A DNA stretch of 64,000 bases from an uncultured Gammaproteobacteria bacterium. Its GTDB lineage: Bacteria; Patescibacteriota; Patescibacteriia; 2-12-FULL-57-11. The stretch lies in the NCBI GenBank assembly GCA_964648865.1, contig CAZYLV010000002.1, forward strand, positions 15,272 through 79,271. Direction: 5' to 3'. Positions 46,057 to 55,212 of this stretch are shown here, piece by piece. The notes beneath the pieces are model-generated. The model had not been told where the DNA came from and did not search any database. It was given only the letters and a program-made list of their open reading frames with translations. How positions within the stretch are numbered: the stretch's first letter is position 1; the number at the start of each line of letters is the position of its first letter. The position numbers and the translations under genes were made by a program.

Positions 46057-47463
46057 ATGCGCACCATCCTGATCATGCTCTCCCGCGGGATCGTCGCCCG
46101 GAACATCCTCCGGACGGGCGTCTTGGACATCCTGCTCTCCGATCCGGACGTCCGCCTCGTCGTGCTCGTACCGCCGAACATCCCGGACTATTTCCGGAAG
46201 GACTTCGACCATCCACGCGTCATCCTCGAGGAATCCGAGGAGGTCCGCTACGGGCTGTTCCATCGGAAGGTCTTCGCGCCGGTCTACCAGAAGCTGGTCT
46301 ACACCGAGACGGCCAAGTTCTTCATGCGCTACGGCGGCCGCATCCCCAAGGGCAACAAGAGCCCCGTCGCGGCGTTCTTCGGCCACATCGGCGCCAGCAT
46401 CATCTCGCGGATGCCCTTCCTCAAGCCGATCTTCCGGGAGCTCGAGTTCCACCTCTTCCCGTACCACGGCTTCGACCGCTTCTTCGAGAAGTACAAGCCG
46501 GACCTGGTCGTCTCGACCATCGTCAAATCAAAACGGGACATCGCCATCCTCAAGGCGGCCAAGCGCTTCGGCGTGCCGCACATCAGCATGGCCCGGAGCT
46601 GGGACAACCTCGACCGTATCCTCATCGCCGTGCGGCCGCAGAAGATCATCGTCCAGAACGAGGTCATGCGCGAGCTGGCCGAGACGCTCCACGGTATCCC
46701 AAAGGAAGACGCCTTCGTCTCCGGTTTCCCGCAGTTCGACCTCTATAACGACCGTTCGCTGCTCATGTCGCGCGCCGACTTCCTCGCGTCGCTCGGGCTG
46801 GACCCCGCGCGCAAGGTCATCTTCTTCGCCTCCGAGGGCGTGTGGGCGCCGCACGGGGACCATGTGGTCGCGGCCCTCATCGCGCGCATGCGCGGCGGCG
46901 GGTTCGCCGAGCCGGTCTCGCTCATCGTCCGTCCGCACTATTCCGACCGCGCCGACGACGGTTCGAGCCGCTACGACCGCTTCGTGGGCGAGCCCGACGT
47001 CTTCGTGGACCGCAACCAGCGCATGCTCCGGTTCTTCGTCGACAAGTGGGACGCCTCACGCACGGAGATGGTGCACCTCATGAACGAGCTTGCGCATGCC
47101 TCCGTGCTCGTGACATACGCCACGACGATGGCCATCGAGGCGGCCATCTTCGACACGCCCGTCGTCAACGTCGCCTTCCGTTTGCCTGGGGAACCCAAGG
47201 ACGGGCCGTTCTTCGGCATGTTCTACGGCTCGTCGCACTACTCGAACGTCGTGAGGACCGGCGGCGTCCGCCTGGCAACGTCCGAGGAAGAGCTGGTGCG
47301 GTACGTGGATGAGGCGCTGCTGCACCCGGAGACGTTGCGCGCCGAGCGCCGCGTCATCGTGGAGCGCTTGGCGTACGGCAACGACGGGAAGTCCGGTGAG
47401 CGCGTCGGCCGTTTCATCCTCACATGCCTGCGGGAGCTGCCCTTCCGCCGCGTCATCGCCTGA
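46057..47463 (+). CDS. GT-B fold transferase, CDP-glycerol glycerophosphotransferase (TagB/TagF)-like, paralog 1
   Basis: SWDNL, GFPQFD, VRPH, TTMAIEAAIFDTPVVN, DGKSGER. Confidence 0.65.
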   Translation: MRTILIMLSRGIVARNILRTGVLDILLSDPDVRLVVLVPPNIPDYFRKDFDHPRVILEESEEVRYGLFHRKVFAPVYQKLVYTETAKFFMRYGGRIPKGNKSPVAAFFGHIGASIISRMPFLKPIFRELEFHLFPYHGFDRFFEKYKPDLVVSTIVKSKRDIAILKAAKRFGVPHISMARSWDNLDRILIAVRPQKIIVQNEVMRELAETLHGIPKEDAFVSGFPQFDLYNDRSLLMSRADFLASLGLDPARKVIFFASEGVWAPHGDHVVAALIARMRGGGFAEPVSLIVRPHYSDRADDGSSRYDRFVGEPDVFVDRNQRMLRFFVDKWDASRTEMVHLMNELAHASVLVTYATTMAIEAAIFDTPVVNVAFRLPGEPKDGPFFGMFYGSSHYSNVVRTGGVRLATSEEELVRYVDEALLHPETLRAERRVIVERLAYGNDGKSGERVGRFILTCLRELPFRRVIA

Positions 47464-47466
47464 CCT

Positions 47467-48936
47467 ATGCCGACCATCAAGGAATTGCGGGAGGTCTGCC
47501 AGAACTCCACGCAGGCGCCCTCTTGGGCCAGCCAGACCGTCTTCGGCAAGCTCAACCGTCGTTGGGCGATCTACCTGACATGGATCTTCGTGCACCTGCC
47601 GTTCACGCCCAACCAGGTGACCGCGGCGGGTACTGTCGTGTACCTGCTGGGCGCGGCCTGCTTCCTCGGCGGGACGCGCGGGTGGAATTTGGCGGGCGTC
47701 GGTCTGATCATCTTCTCCTTCATGCTGGACGCCGTGGACGGCGAGCTGGCGCGCTGGCGGGCGCATGTCAGCGGGCAGAAGGGCAAGCGCTTCGACATGG
47801 GCGGCGTCTTCGTGGAGCCTGTCTCGCACGATGTCCAGTACGGCTGGTTCTTCCTGCCGATCACGCTCGGGGTGTTCTGGCGGACGGGTTCCGATTGGGC
47901 CATCGTCGCAGGCATGGCCGCCACGGCCGGCAAGCTGCTCTTCCGGTTGCTCGAGTTCCGCACCGACGCTTTCCGCCGCTACGCCGACGAGACCCGCGGG
48001 ACCGTCTACGGCTGGGCCACCAAAAAGAGCACGCCCAAGACCGCGGCCTACGGCATCTACCGCAACCTGTTCGTGGGCACGGGCATGATCCCGCCGTTGC
48101 TCGTGGCGAGCGTCGTCGACCGCGTGGACGTCTTCCTGTACGCCTACGGCGTCCTGTTCTTCGCGGCCTGGGCGGCGCTGATGGTCCGCAACAGCCGCCG
48201 GGTGCTGGACGCCAGCAAGCGGCACGGCGCCGGACGCGTCCGCGCGCTGTTCCGTCCCAAGACCATCGTCTTCGACTTCGATGGGACGCTGGTCGACACG
48301 ATGGGGGAATACGCCGACATCGCCGCGGCGGTGATGGTCGAGTACTACGGCGCCGACCGCTCCTGGGCGCGGGAGAAGTACATGGAGACATCCGGCGTCC
48401 CGTTCCTGCAGCAGCTGGGCGTCATCTATCCGGGCGATGACCGCAACCCGCAGGCCTCGGAGGCCTTCGAGCACCGCAAGAACGTCTTCTTCGAGACGTT
48501 CCACGTGCCGGACGGGACGCGGCGGCTTGTCGCCGACCTCCGGGCGCGCGGCTACGCCGTCGGGGTGTCTTCCAACAACTTCCAGGCCAGCCTGGACCGC
48601 TTCGTGGAGCGGGAGCGGCTCTCCTTCAGCCTGGTGATGGGCTTCCGCGAGGGCTTCCGCAAGGGCGAGCAGCACCTGCGCCACGCCATGGAGAAGACCG
48701 GCTGCGCCATGGAGGAGATCCTCCTGGTGGGCGATTCCTTCCATGACGCCGCCGTGGCCGCGGGCAACGGCATCGGCTTCGTGGCCCGTGTCGGGACCTT
48801 CAGCGTCGAGGCATGGAAGGACAAGTACCCGCACGTCGTGGCCATCGGCGACCTCCAGGAACTGCCGCCGCTGCTCGAAGCGGCGGGTACGGAGGATGCG
48901 CCGTCTGCCCCGCCTGCACCGGAGACCTACGCCTGA
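47467..48936 (+). CDS. Fusion: CDP-alcohol phosphotransferase + HAD hydrolase
   Basis: TPNQVT and DAVDGELAR in the membrane domain. FDFDGTLVD and VGDSFHD in the C-terminal domain. Confidence 0.85.
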   Translation: MPTIKELREVCQNSTQAPSWASQTVFGKLNRRWAIYLTWIFVHLPFTPNQVTAAGTVVYLLGAACFLGGTRGWNLAGVGLIIFSFMLDAVDGELARWRAHVSGQKGKRFDMGGVFVEPVSHDVQYGWFFLPITLGVFWRTGSDWAIVAGMAATAGKLLFRLLEFRTDAFRRYADETRGTVYGWATKKSTPKTAAYGIYRNLFVGTGMIPPLLVASVVDRVDVFLYAYGVLFFAAWAALMVRNSRRVLDASKRHGAGRVRALFRPKTIVFDFDGTLVDTMGEYADIAAAVMVEYYGADRSWAREKYMETSGVPFLQQLGVIYPGDDRNPQASEAFEHRKNVFFETFHVPDGTRRLVADLRARGYAVGVSSNNFQASLDRFVERERLSFSLVMGFREGFRKGEQHLRHAMEKTGCAMEEILLVGDSFHDAAVAAGNGIGFVARVGTFSVEAWKDKYPHVVAIGDLQELPPLLEAAGTEDAPSAPPAPETYA

Positions 48937-48939
48937 AGC

Positions 48940-48968
48940 TTGACAGGACCCCGCGGACCCGCGAGAAT
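48940..48968 (+). promoter_or_regulatory. Putative sigma70 promoter
   Basis: TTGACA-N17-GAGAAT upstream of ATG 48996. Confidence 0.6.
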
Positions 48969-48995
48969 ACCGCACGATTTCCGTAACGCCTTCCT

Positions 48996-49919
48996 ATGAA
49001 CATCCTGGTCACCGGCGGGACCGGCTTCCAAGGCAGCCACCTGGTGGAGGCGCTCGCCGCGCGCGGCCATGCCGTCACCGTGCTCAACACGCTGACGCCG
49101 CATTCCGAGGAGAACAAGAAGCATCTCGCCGGCAAAGCCGAGATCATCTGGGGGTCGATCACCGACGCCGAGGTCACCGAGAAGGCCATGCGCGGCAAGG
49201 AACTGGTCTTCCATCTCGGCGCGCGCATCAACGTCGACGAATCCATCGACGACCCATGGGGGACGATCGACGTCAACGTCCGCGGGACCTTCAACGTGCT
49301 CGAGGCCGCCCGCAAGGCCGGCTGCCGGATGATCCACACCTCGACGTGCGAGGTCTACGGCAAACCGGAGTCCGTGCCGATCAAGGAGAACGCCGACCTC
49401 CGGCCGCACAGCCCGTATGCCGCCTCCAAGGCGGCCGCCGACCGGTTGTGCTACGCGTACGTGCAGACCTTCAAGACGCCCATCATCATCCCGCGTTTCT
49501 TCAACATCTTCGGCGAGCGTCAGAAGGAAGGGAAGTACGGCGCGGTCATCCCGATCTTCGTCGGGCAGGCCATGCGCGGCGAGCCGTTGCGCGTCTTCGG
49601 CACCGGCGAGCAGACGCGGGACTACGTCTACATCTCGGACGTCATCGACGGGTACCTTAAGCTGCTTGACCATCCGGAACTGGTCGGCGAGACCATCAAC
49701 TTCGGCACCGGGGTAGGCACCAGCATCCGCGACATCGCCGAGCACGTCGCCAAGCGTCTCGACGCCCGCGTGGAGTACGTGCAGGCGCGGCCGGGGGAGG
49801 CCACGCACATGATCGCCGACGCCAGCAAAGCCAAGACGCTCCTCGGCTGGGAGCCCAAGGTGGGGGTCTTCGAGGGCATCGACCGCTACATCGCCTGGCG
49901 CACCGGCTCCGCATCCTGA
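48996..49919 (+). CDS. NAD-dependent nucleotide-sugar 4,6-dehydratase/epimerase
   Basis: TGGTGFQGSH, HTSTCEVYG, SPYAASK, FNIFGERQ, RDYVYISD. Confidence 0.9.
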   Translation: MNILVTGGTGFQGSHLVEALAARGHAVTVLNTLTPHSEENKKHLAGKAEIIWGSITDAEVTEKAMRGKELVFHLGARINVDESIDDPWGTIDVNVRGTFNVLEAARKAGCRMIHTSTCEVYGKPESVPIKENADLRPHSPYAASKAAADRLCYAYVQTFKTPIIIPRFFNIFGERQKEGKYGAVIPIFVGQAMRGEPLRVFGTGEQTRDYVYISDVIDGYLKLLDHPELVGETINFGTGVGTSIRDIAEHVAKRLDARVEYVQARPGEATHMIADASKAKTLLGWEPKVGVFEGIDRYIAWRTGSAS

Positions 49920-49923
49920 CGGT

Positions 49924-51009
49924 ATGGCGAAACGCCTGGCCATCCTCTTCGGCACGCGCCCCGAGATCATCAAGATGGCGCCGTTCATCAAGGCCGCGCT
50001 CGCCAGGCGCGCGGACTTCTTCGTCATCCACACCGGGCAGCACTACTCGGAGATCATGGACAAGGTCTTCTGGAGGAACCTCGAGCTGCCGGACCCGAAA
50101 TACAACCTGGGCGTCGGCTCCGGCTCGCACGCCGAGCAGGTCGGGAAGATGATGATGGGCATCGAGAAGGTCCTCGTCGAGGAGCGTCCGGACCTGGTGT
50201 GCGTCTACGCCGACCTCAACACGTCCATCGCCGGCGCGCTCGCGGCGGCCAAGCTCGGCATCCCCATCCTCCAGCTGGAGGCGGGACTGCGCTCCTTCGA
50301 CCGGGCGATGCCGGAGGAGATCAACCGTCTGGTCGTCGACCGGCTGGCCACGCATTACTTCGCACCCACCGAGCTGCAGCGCGAGCACCTGCGCCGCGAG
50401 GGCATCGTCGAACGGGTCCACGTGACCGGCAACCTCATCGCCGACGCCGTAGCCGGCGCGCTGCCGACGGCGCTCGCCACGAGCGACGTGCTTGCGCGCC
50501 TCGGACTCCGCCCCAAGGGCTACGCGCTCGCCACCGTCCACCGCGCCGGCGCGGTGGACAGCAAGGGGACCTTCGGACGCCTGCTCGAGGGCCTCGGGCG
50601 CGTCGCGGCCGAGAACGGCCTGCCGGTGCTCTATCCCGTCCACCCGCGCTCGCGCAAGAACCTCGAGGCCTTCGCCTTGCCCGTGCCTGACGGCGTCCGG
50701 CTGACCGAACCGGTGGACTACTTCGACTTCCTGACGCTCGAGGCCAACGCCCGACTCATCCTTTCCGACTCCGGCGGCATCCAGGAGGAGGCGGCCATCC
50801 TGGGCGTCCCGCTCGTTACCTTGCGCGAGAACACCGAACGCCAGGAGACCGTGACGCTCGGCTCCAACGTCATCGCCGGCTACGATCCGGCGCGCATCGC
50901 CGCCGCGGCCAAGGACATGCTGGCGCGGCCCGCCGCTTGGCGGCATCCCTACGGCGAACGGGTGGCCGAGCGGATGTGGGACATCATGGAACGCGACATC
51001 GTGCGATGA
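49924..51009 (+). CDS. wecB: UDP-N-acetylglucosamine 2-epimerase (non-hydrolysing), copy 2
   Basis: GTRPEIIK, HTGQHY, EAGLRS, PEEINR, SDSGGIQEE, TERQE. Confidence 0.92.
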   Translation: MAKRLAILFGTRPEIIKMAPFIKAALARRADFFVIHTGQHYSEIMDKVFWRNLELPDPKYNLGVGSGSHAEQVGKMMMGIEKVLVEERPDLVCVYADLNTSIAGALAAAKLGIPILQLEAGLRSFDRAMPEEINRLVVDRLATHYFAPTELQREHLRREGIVERVHVTGNLIADAVAGALPTALATSDVLARLGLRPKGYALATVHRAGAVDSKGTFGRLLEGLGRVAAENGLPVLYPVHPRSRKNLEAFALPVPDGVRLTEPVDYFDFLTLEANARLILSDSGGIQEEAAILGVPLVTLRENTERQETVTLGSNVIAGYDPARIAAAAKDMLARPAAWRHPYGERVAERMWDIMERDIVR

Positions 51010-52391
51010 CCGTCTTCGTCACCGTCTCGCGCGGGGCCATCGCCCGCAACCTGCTGCACACGGCCTTCCTCGGCCGGCTGGCCGCCGCAGGCGTCGAGGT
51101 GGTGCTGCTGACCTCGGCCGCCGCGGACCAAGAGTTCCAGGCGGCCTTCTGCCGCCCGGGCGTCGCCTGTGCACCGCTCCTGCCGCATCGCTGGAGCCGG
51201 CTGGACTATGCCCTCGCCGGCCTGCACAAGGGGCTGGTCTATAACGAGACGCGCGAGCTCGTCGACCGCTACGGGATTTACGGCATCGAGATGCACGAGC
51301 GCGGCGGCGCGCCGCGGTTCCGGCATCTCCTCAAGAAGGCGGTCTTCAAGCCGTTGTCGCGCTCGCGGTCCCTCAAGCGCGCCGCGCGGCGTCTGGACGC
51401 GCTCTTGGTGCGTCCGCACGCCTACGATGCGCTGTTCGACCGGCACCGGCCCGCGGCGGTCTTCGCCACCAACCCTTTCGAGGATGCCGACACCGACGTG
51501 CTCAAGACCGCCCACGCCCGGGGGATCCCGACGGTCATCTTCCCCAAGAGCTGGGATAACCTCTCCAAGATGAACCTGCGCGTCGCGCCGGACCTGCTGC
51601 TCCTGTGGGGGCCGACGCTCGTCCGGGATGCCCGACGGTTCCACCTTCTCGACGGGGAGAGGATCCGCGTCGTCGGCGTGCCCCAGTACGACATCTATGA
51701 GGAGCAGGGCACGATCCAGCCGCGGGAGGCGTTCTTCCGGAGCATCGGTGCCGATCCGGCACGCCCGCTCGTGGTCTTCGGCTCCGAGGGCAAGATCAGC
51801 CCCGACGACGGCGACGTGGCGGCGATGCTGCACGCGCTCTTCCAGGCCCAGCCGACGGGACGCCGCCCGCAGCTCTTCGTCCGGCCGTACTACGCCCTGC
51901 CGGGCGAGGAGGAGAAGTTCGCCGCGCTCGTCGGCGCGCCGGACGTCATCATCGACCGGGCCTTCCGTCCCCGGCCGCAGTTCCGCGACCGTTGGGACTG
52001 GTCGCGCGAGCATGCCGTGCACTTCGCGAACCTCATGACGCACATGGATGCCATGGTCTGCGGCGCCTCGACGCTCACGCTGGACGCCGCGTATCGCGAC
52101 AAACCTGTCGTCAACGTGGCCTTCGACGGCAAGCGCGAGCTCCCGTACGGCCAGTCGGTGCGCCGTTGGTACGATTCCACGCATTTCAAGGCCATCCTCT
52201 CGCACGGCGGCACCGATGTCGTGCGCAGCGAGCAGGAGTTGGCGGAAGCGACGCTGACGGCGCTCCGCGAGCCGGGCCGCCGCGCGGCTGGACGCGCCGC
52301 ATTGCGGGCGGCATACTGCCCGCACATCCCGGGCGGGAGCGGGGCGGCCATCGCCCAGGCCGTGCTCGACGTGGCTGCCCGGAAGGGATAA
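51006..52391 (+). CDS. GT-B fold transferase, TagB/TagF-like, paralog 2
   Basis: SRGAIARN, SWDNLSK, GVPQYD, GSEG, STLTLDAA, KPVVNVAF. Clearly homologous to 46057-47463. Confidence 0.65.
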   Translation: MTVFVTVSRGAIARNLLHTAFLGRLAAAGVEVVLLTSAAADQEFQAAFCRPGVACAPLLPHRWSRLDYALAGLHKGLVYNETRELVDRYGIYGIEMHERGGAPRFRHLLKKAVFKPLSRSRSLKRAARRLDALLVRPHAYDALFDRHRPAAVFATNPFEDADTDVLKTAHARGIPTVIFPKSWDNLSKMNLRVAPDLLLLWGPTLVRDARRFHLLDGERIRVVGVPQYDIYEEQGTIQPREAFFRSIGADPARPLVVFGSEGKISPDDGDVAAMLHALFQAQPTGRRPQLFVRPYYALPGEEEKFAALVGAPDVIIDRAFRPRPQFRDRWDWSREHAVHFANLMTHMDAMVCGASTLTLDAAYRDKPVVNVAFDGKRELPYGQSVRRWYDSTHFKAILSHGGTDVVRSEQELAEATLTALREPGRRAAGRAALRAAYCPHIPGGSGAAIAQAVLDVAARKG

Positions 52392-52408
52392 GGTCTTCAC
52401 GCGCTTCC

Positions 52409-53107
52409 ATGGGCACGCCGTATTACCCGTCCGCGCACATCCCGAGCCGACGTGAGGAATTGCGTCGGCATTTGGGGAAGGCGAGCTGGATCGTCCAGAG
52501 GGAGCGTGCCGAGGGCGTGCTCTCCCGGCATATCCTGGAGCGCCACGGCACCGGCGCGCGCATCTGCGAGCTGGGGACCGCGCACGGCGCCGTGCTGCAG
52601 TCCCTCCTGGAGCGGGGCTTCCGCGACGTGATCGGCGTGGACGTCGACGATTACCTGACGTCCGACGCCTTGCGCCCGCATCTGCGGATCGCCGACCTCA
52701 ACACGCAACCCATCCCTGCGGCGGATGGATCGCTCGATTGCGTGTTGGCCCTGGAGACGTTCGAGCATCTCGAGAACCCGTGGCACTTCGCCCGCGAGTG
52801 CGTGCGCATGCTGCGGCCAGGCGGCACGCTCATCCTGTCCACGCCCTGGGGACACACCGTCTGGGACAAGCTCCGCTTCGCGCTGCGCGGCAACCTCGTC
52901 AATTTCCATCTCAAGAACAACCACATCACCTTCCTGACGCGCGACAACTTCCGGCGCGCCTTCGGCAAGGATTTCACCCTCGACCGCCGGATCTTCCAGC
53001 ACGGGTTCGCGCCGTTCGTCCCGCGACGGCTGCGTCGGTTCCTTCCGCCGCATCCGCTCTGGAGCCTCAAGGCCTGTTTCTTCTTCACCCGCGTCGGCAC
53101 CTCGTGA
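52409..53107 (+). CDS. Class I SAM-dependent methyltransferase
   Basis: ICELGTAHG, GVDVD, ADLN, ETFEHLENP, LRPGG. Confidence 0.85.
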   Translation: MGTPYYPSAHIPSRREELRRHLGKASWIVQRERAEGVLSRHILERHGTGARICELGTAHGAVLQSLLERGFRDVIGVDVDDYLTSDALRPHLRIADLNTQPIPAADGSLDCVLALETFEHLENPWHFARECVRMLRPGGTLILSTPWGHTVWDKLRFALRGNLVNFHLKNNHITFLTRDNFRRAFGKDFTLDRRIFQHGFAPFVPRRLRRFLPPHPLWSLKACFFFTRVGTS

Positions 53108-53111
53108 GCAT

Positions 53112-54110
53112 ATGGCCAACGGAACGACCTTCGAACAGCGTACCCTCCGGGACGAGTACGACGCCGCGCGGCGCGAGGAGATCGCCCGGCTCATGGATCC
53201 GGCCACCGGGACGCTCGACCGCCGCTTCGCCAAGGACGTCGCCTGCCTGGTGTGCGGCTCCCGTGACGCCCGCCCCCTCTTCACCAAGCAGGGGATGGGC
53301 TTCGTGCGCTGCGCGTCCTGCTCCTTCATGTACGTCAACCCGCAGGTCGACGAAGCCGTGCTCGAGGAGGCCTACAAGCAGAGCCGCTCCAACGACATCT
53401 GGTTCGAGATCCTCAAGACGCCGGATCAGCAGAAGTACAACGTGGAGAAGTACGGCTGGTTCCTGGACCGGATCGGGGAGATCGCGCCGCCGCCGGCGCG
53501 GCTGCTCGACGTCGGCTGCTCGCTCGGGCATTTCCTGGCCATGGCGCGTGACCGTGGGCACGAGACCCTCGGGCTTGAGCTCGGGGAGAAGGCCGCTGCC
53601 TACGCGCGCGAGACCTACGGCCTGGACGTCCGCGAGACGCGCGTCGAGCGTCTCGAGGAGCCGGACGGCTCCTTCGGCGCCGTGACGCTCTTCGGCGTGC
53701 TCGAGCACCTCTCCGATCCTGTCGGCATCCTCAAGGTCCTGCGCCGGCTGGTGAAGCCGGACGGGGTGCTGGCCATGCTCGTGCCCAACAACCACAGCCT
53801 GGTGGCGCGCATGCTGCATGGCGAGGCCTTCGGTTTCGATGGCCGCAACCACCTCGGCTACTACACCAAGGAGACGCTGGCGCTGGCGCTCGATACGGCA
53901 GGCTTCGTCCCCGTGTCCATGACCACGCACGTCAGCTGCATCAACCCCATCCTCAACTGGCTGCACTACGACGATCCGTACTTCCCCAAGGAGGCGGGCA
54001 ACCTCGAGACCGAGTTCTCCCGCGTCGCCAAGCCGGCGCTGCTGAAGCTCATCGAGGAGCACGACCTCGGTCACCATCTCTACTGCATCGCCCGACCCAA
54101 GACCGCATGA
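53112..54110 (+). CDS. Class I SAM methyltransferase with N-terminal Zn-ribbon
   Basis: CLVC...CASCSFMYVNP, LLDVGCSLG, VLEHL, VPN. Confidence 0.88.
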   Translation: MANGTTFEQRTLRDEYDAARREEIARLMDPATGTLDRRFAKDVACLVCGSRDARPLFTKQGMGFVRCASCSFMYVNPQVDEAVLEEAYKQSRSNDIWFEILKTPDQQKYNVEKYGWFLDRIGEIAPPPARLLDVGCSLGHFLAMARDRGHETLGLELGEKAAAYARETYGLDVRETRVERLEEPDGSFGAVTLFGVLEHLSDPVGILKVLRRLVKPDGVLAMLVPNNHSLVARMLHGEAFGFDGRNHLGYYTKETLALALDTAGFVPVSMTTHVSCINPILNWLHYDDPYFPKEAGNLETEFSRVAKPALLKLIEEHDLGHHLYCIARPKTA

Positions 54111-55174
54111 GCGCCCCCGCATACATCCTGACGTCCGCGCCGCAGGGCATGCCCGACGCCCGTACGTTCCTGTTGGCCGGCACCTCCTTGCGCGAACGCG
54201 CCGAACGGCTCGCCACCGATGCGGGGCTCACCGTCGCGGGTGAGGCCGCGCGTCCGGGGGAGAAAGGCGAGGGTATCTACCTCGACCCGTTCCGGCCGCT
54301 CGTGACGCCCGCGACGCTCCGCGCGCAGGCGGCCGGCCGCCCGGCGGGGGAGGCCGCGCTCGCGGGCGACGCGTGCGCCGGCGTCGAGGGCCTGCGGCTC
54401 GTCGACACGGAGTCCGTGCGCGCGGCCGAGGCCGTGCTCGCGGAACGCATGCCGCCTGCGGAACGCGGCTACTACCGCGCCCTGCCCGTGACCGTGGAGG
54501 AGAAGGACGACTGGGCCGTGCCCAAGACCGACCCGGACGGCGTGCTGCGCGACCCGCTGCAGGAGCGCGAGCGCTACATCGAGGACGCCAAGCCGCAGCT
54601 GGCCTTCATCAACGGCCTGCCGCCGGGGCGCATCCTGGACGTCGGCTGTGGGCCGGGCCACATCCTTTCGGCCGTGGCCGCGGGCTGGGACAAGCACGGC
54701 GTGGAGATCTCGCCGACCGCCGCGGCCGCCGCCCGGGCGCACGCGACGGTCTTCCAAGGTCCGCTCGAGGAGTCGCCGTACGCCGACGGCAGCTTCGACG
54801 TGGTGCTGATGCGCAGCGTCATCGAGCATCTGACCGACCCGGTGGGCGTGGTGCGCCGCATCCACCGCATCCTCAAGCCGCTCGGACACTTCATCGTCAG
54901 CACGCCGAACTTCGACAGCGCCGCGGCGCGGCGCTTCGGCAAGAACTACCGACTGCTCCATCCGTTGCACATCGCCATGTTCAGCGACCGCTCGCTCATC
55001 CGCATGCTCGAGGATCTGGGCTTCACGGTCGACCGCGTCGAGTACCCGTATTTCGAGACGCGCTACTTCACCAAGGAGAACCTGGAGCGGCTCTTCGACG
55101 CGTCCAAGACCTCCCCGCCGTTCTACGGCAACCACGTCATCCTCTTCGCCCGCAAGACCGGATCCCGCCCATAA
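54107..55174 (+). CDS. Class I SAM methyltransferase with degenerate cytidylyltransferase-like N-terminus
   Basis: C-terminal ILDVGCGPG, GVEIS, VIEHL, STPN. The N-terminal ~115 aa carry NeuA-like remnants. Confidence 0.75.
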   Translation: MSAPAYILTSAPQGMPDARTFLLAGTSLRERAERLATDAGLTVAGEAARPGEKGEGIYLDPFRPLVTPATLRAQAAGRPAGEAALAGDACAGVEGLRLVDTESVRAAEAVLAERMPPAERGYYRALPVTVEEKDDWAVPKTDPDGVLRDPLQERERYIEDAKPQLAFINGLPPGRILDVGCGPGHILSAVAAGWDKHGVEISPTAAAAARAHATVFQGPLEESPYADGSFDVVLMRSVIEHLTDPVGVVRRIHRILKPLGHFIVSTPNFDSAAARRFGKNYRLLHPLHIAMFSDRSLIRMLEDLGFTVDRVEYPYFETRYFTKENLERLFDASKTSPPFYGNHVILFARKTGSRP

Positions 55175-55205
55175 GCAAAGCCCCGCCATCGGCGGGGCTT
55201 TGCTT
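55173..55205. terminator. Bidirectional terminator hairpin between convergent operons
   Basis: Perfect 15-bp inverted repeat AAGCAAAGCCCCGCC-atc-GGCGGGGCTTTGCTT. Confidence 0.8.
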
Positions 55206-55212
55206 GGCGCGT

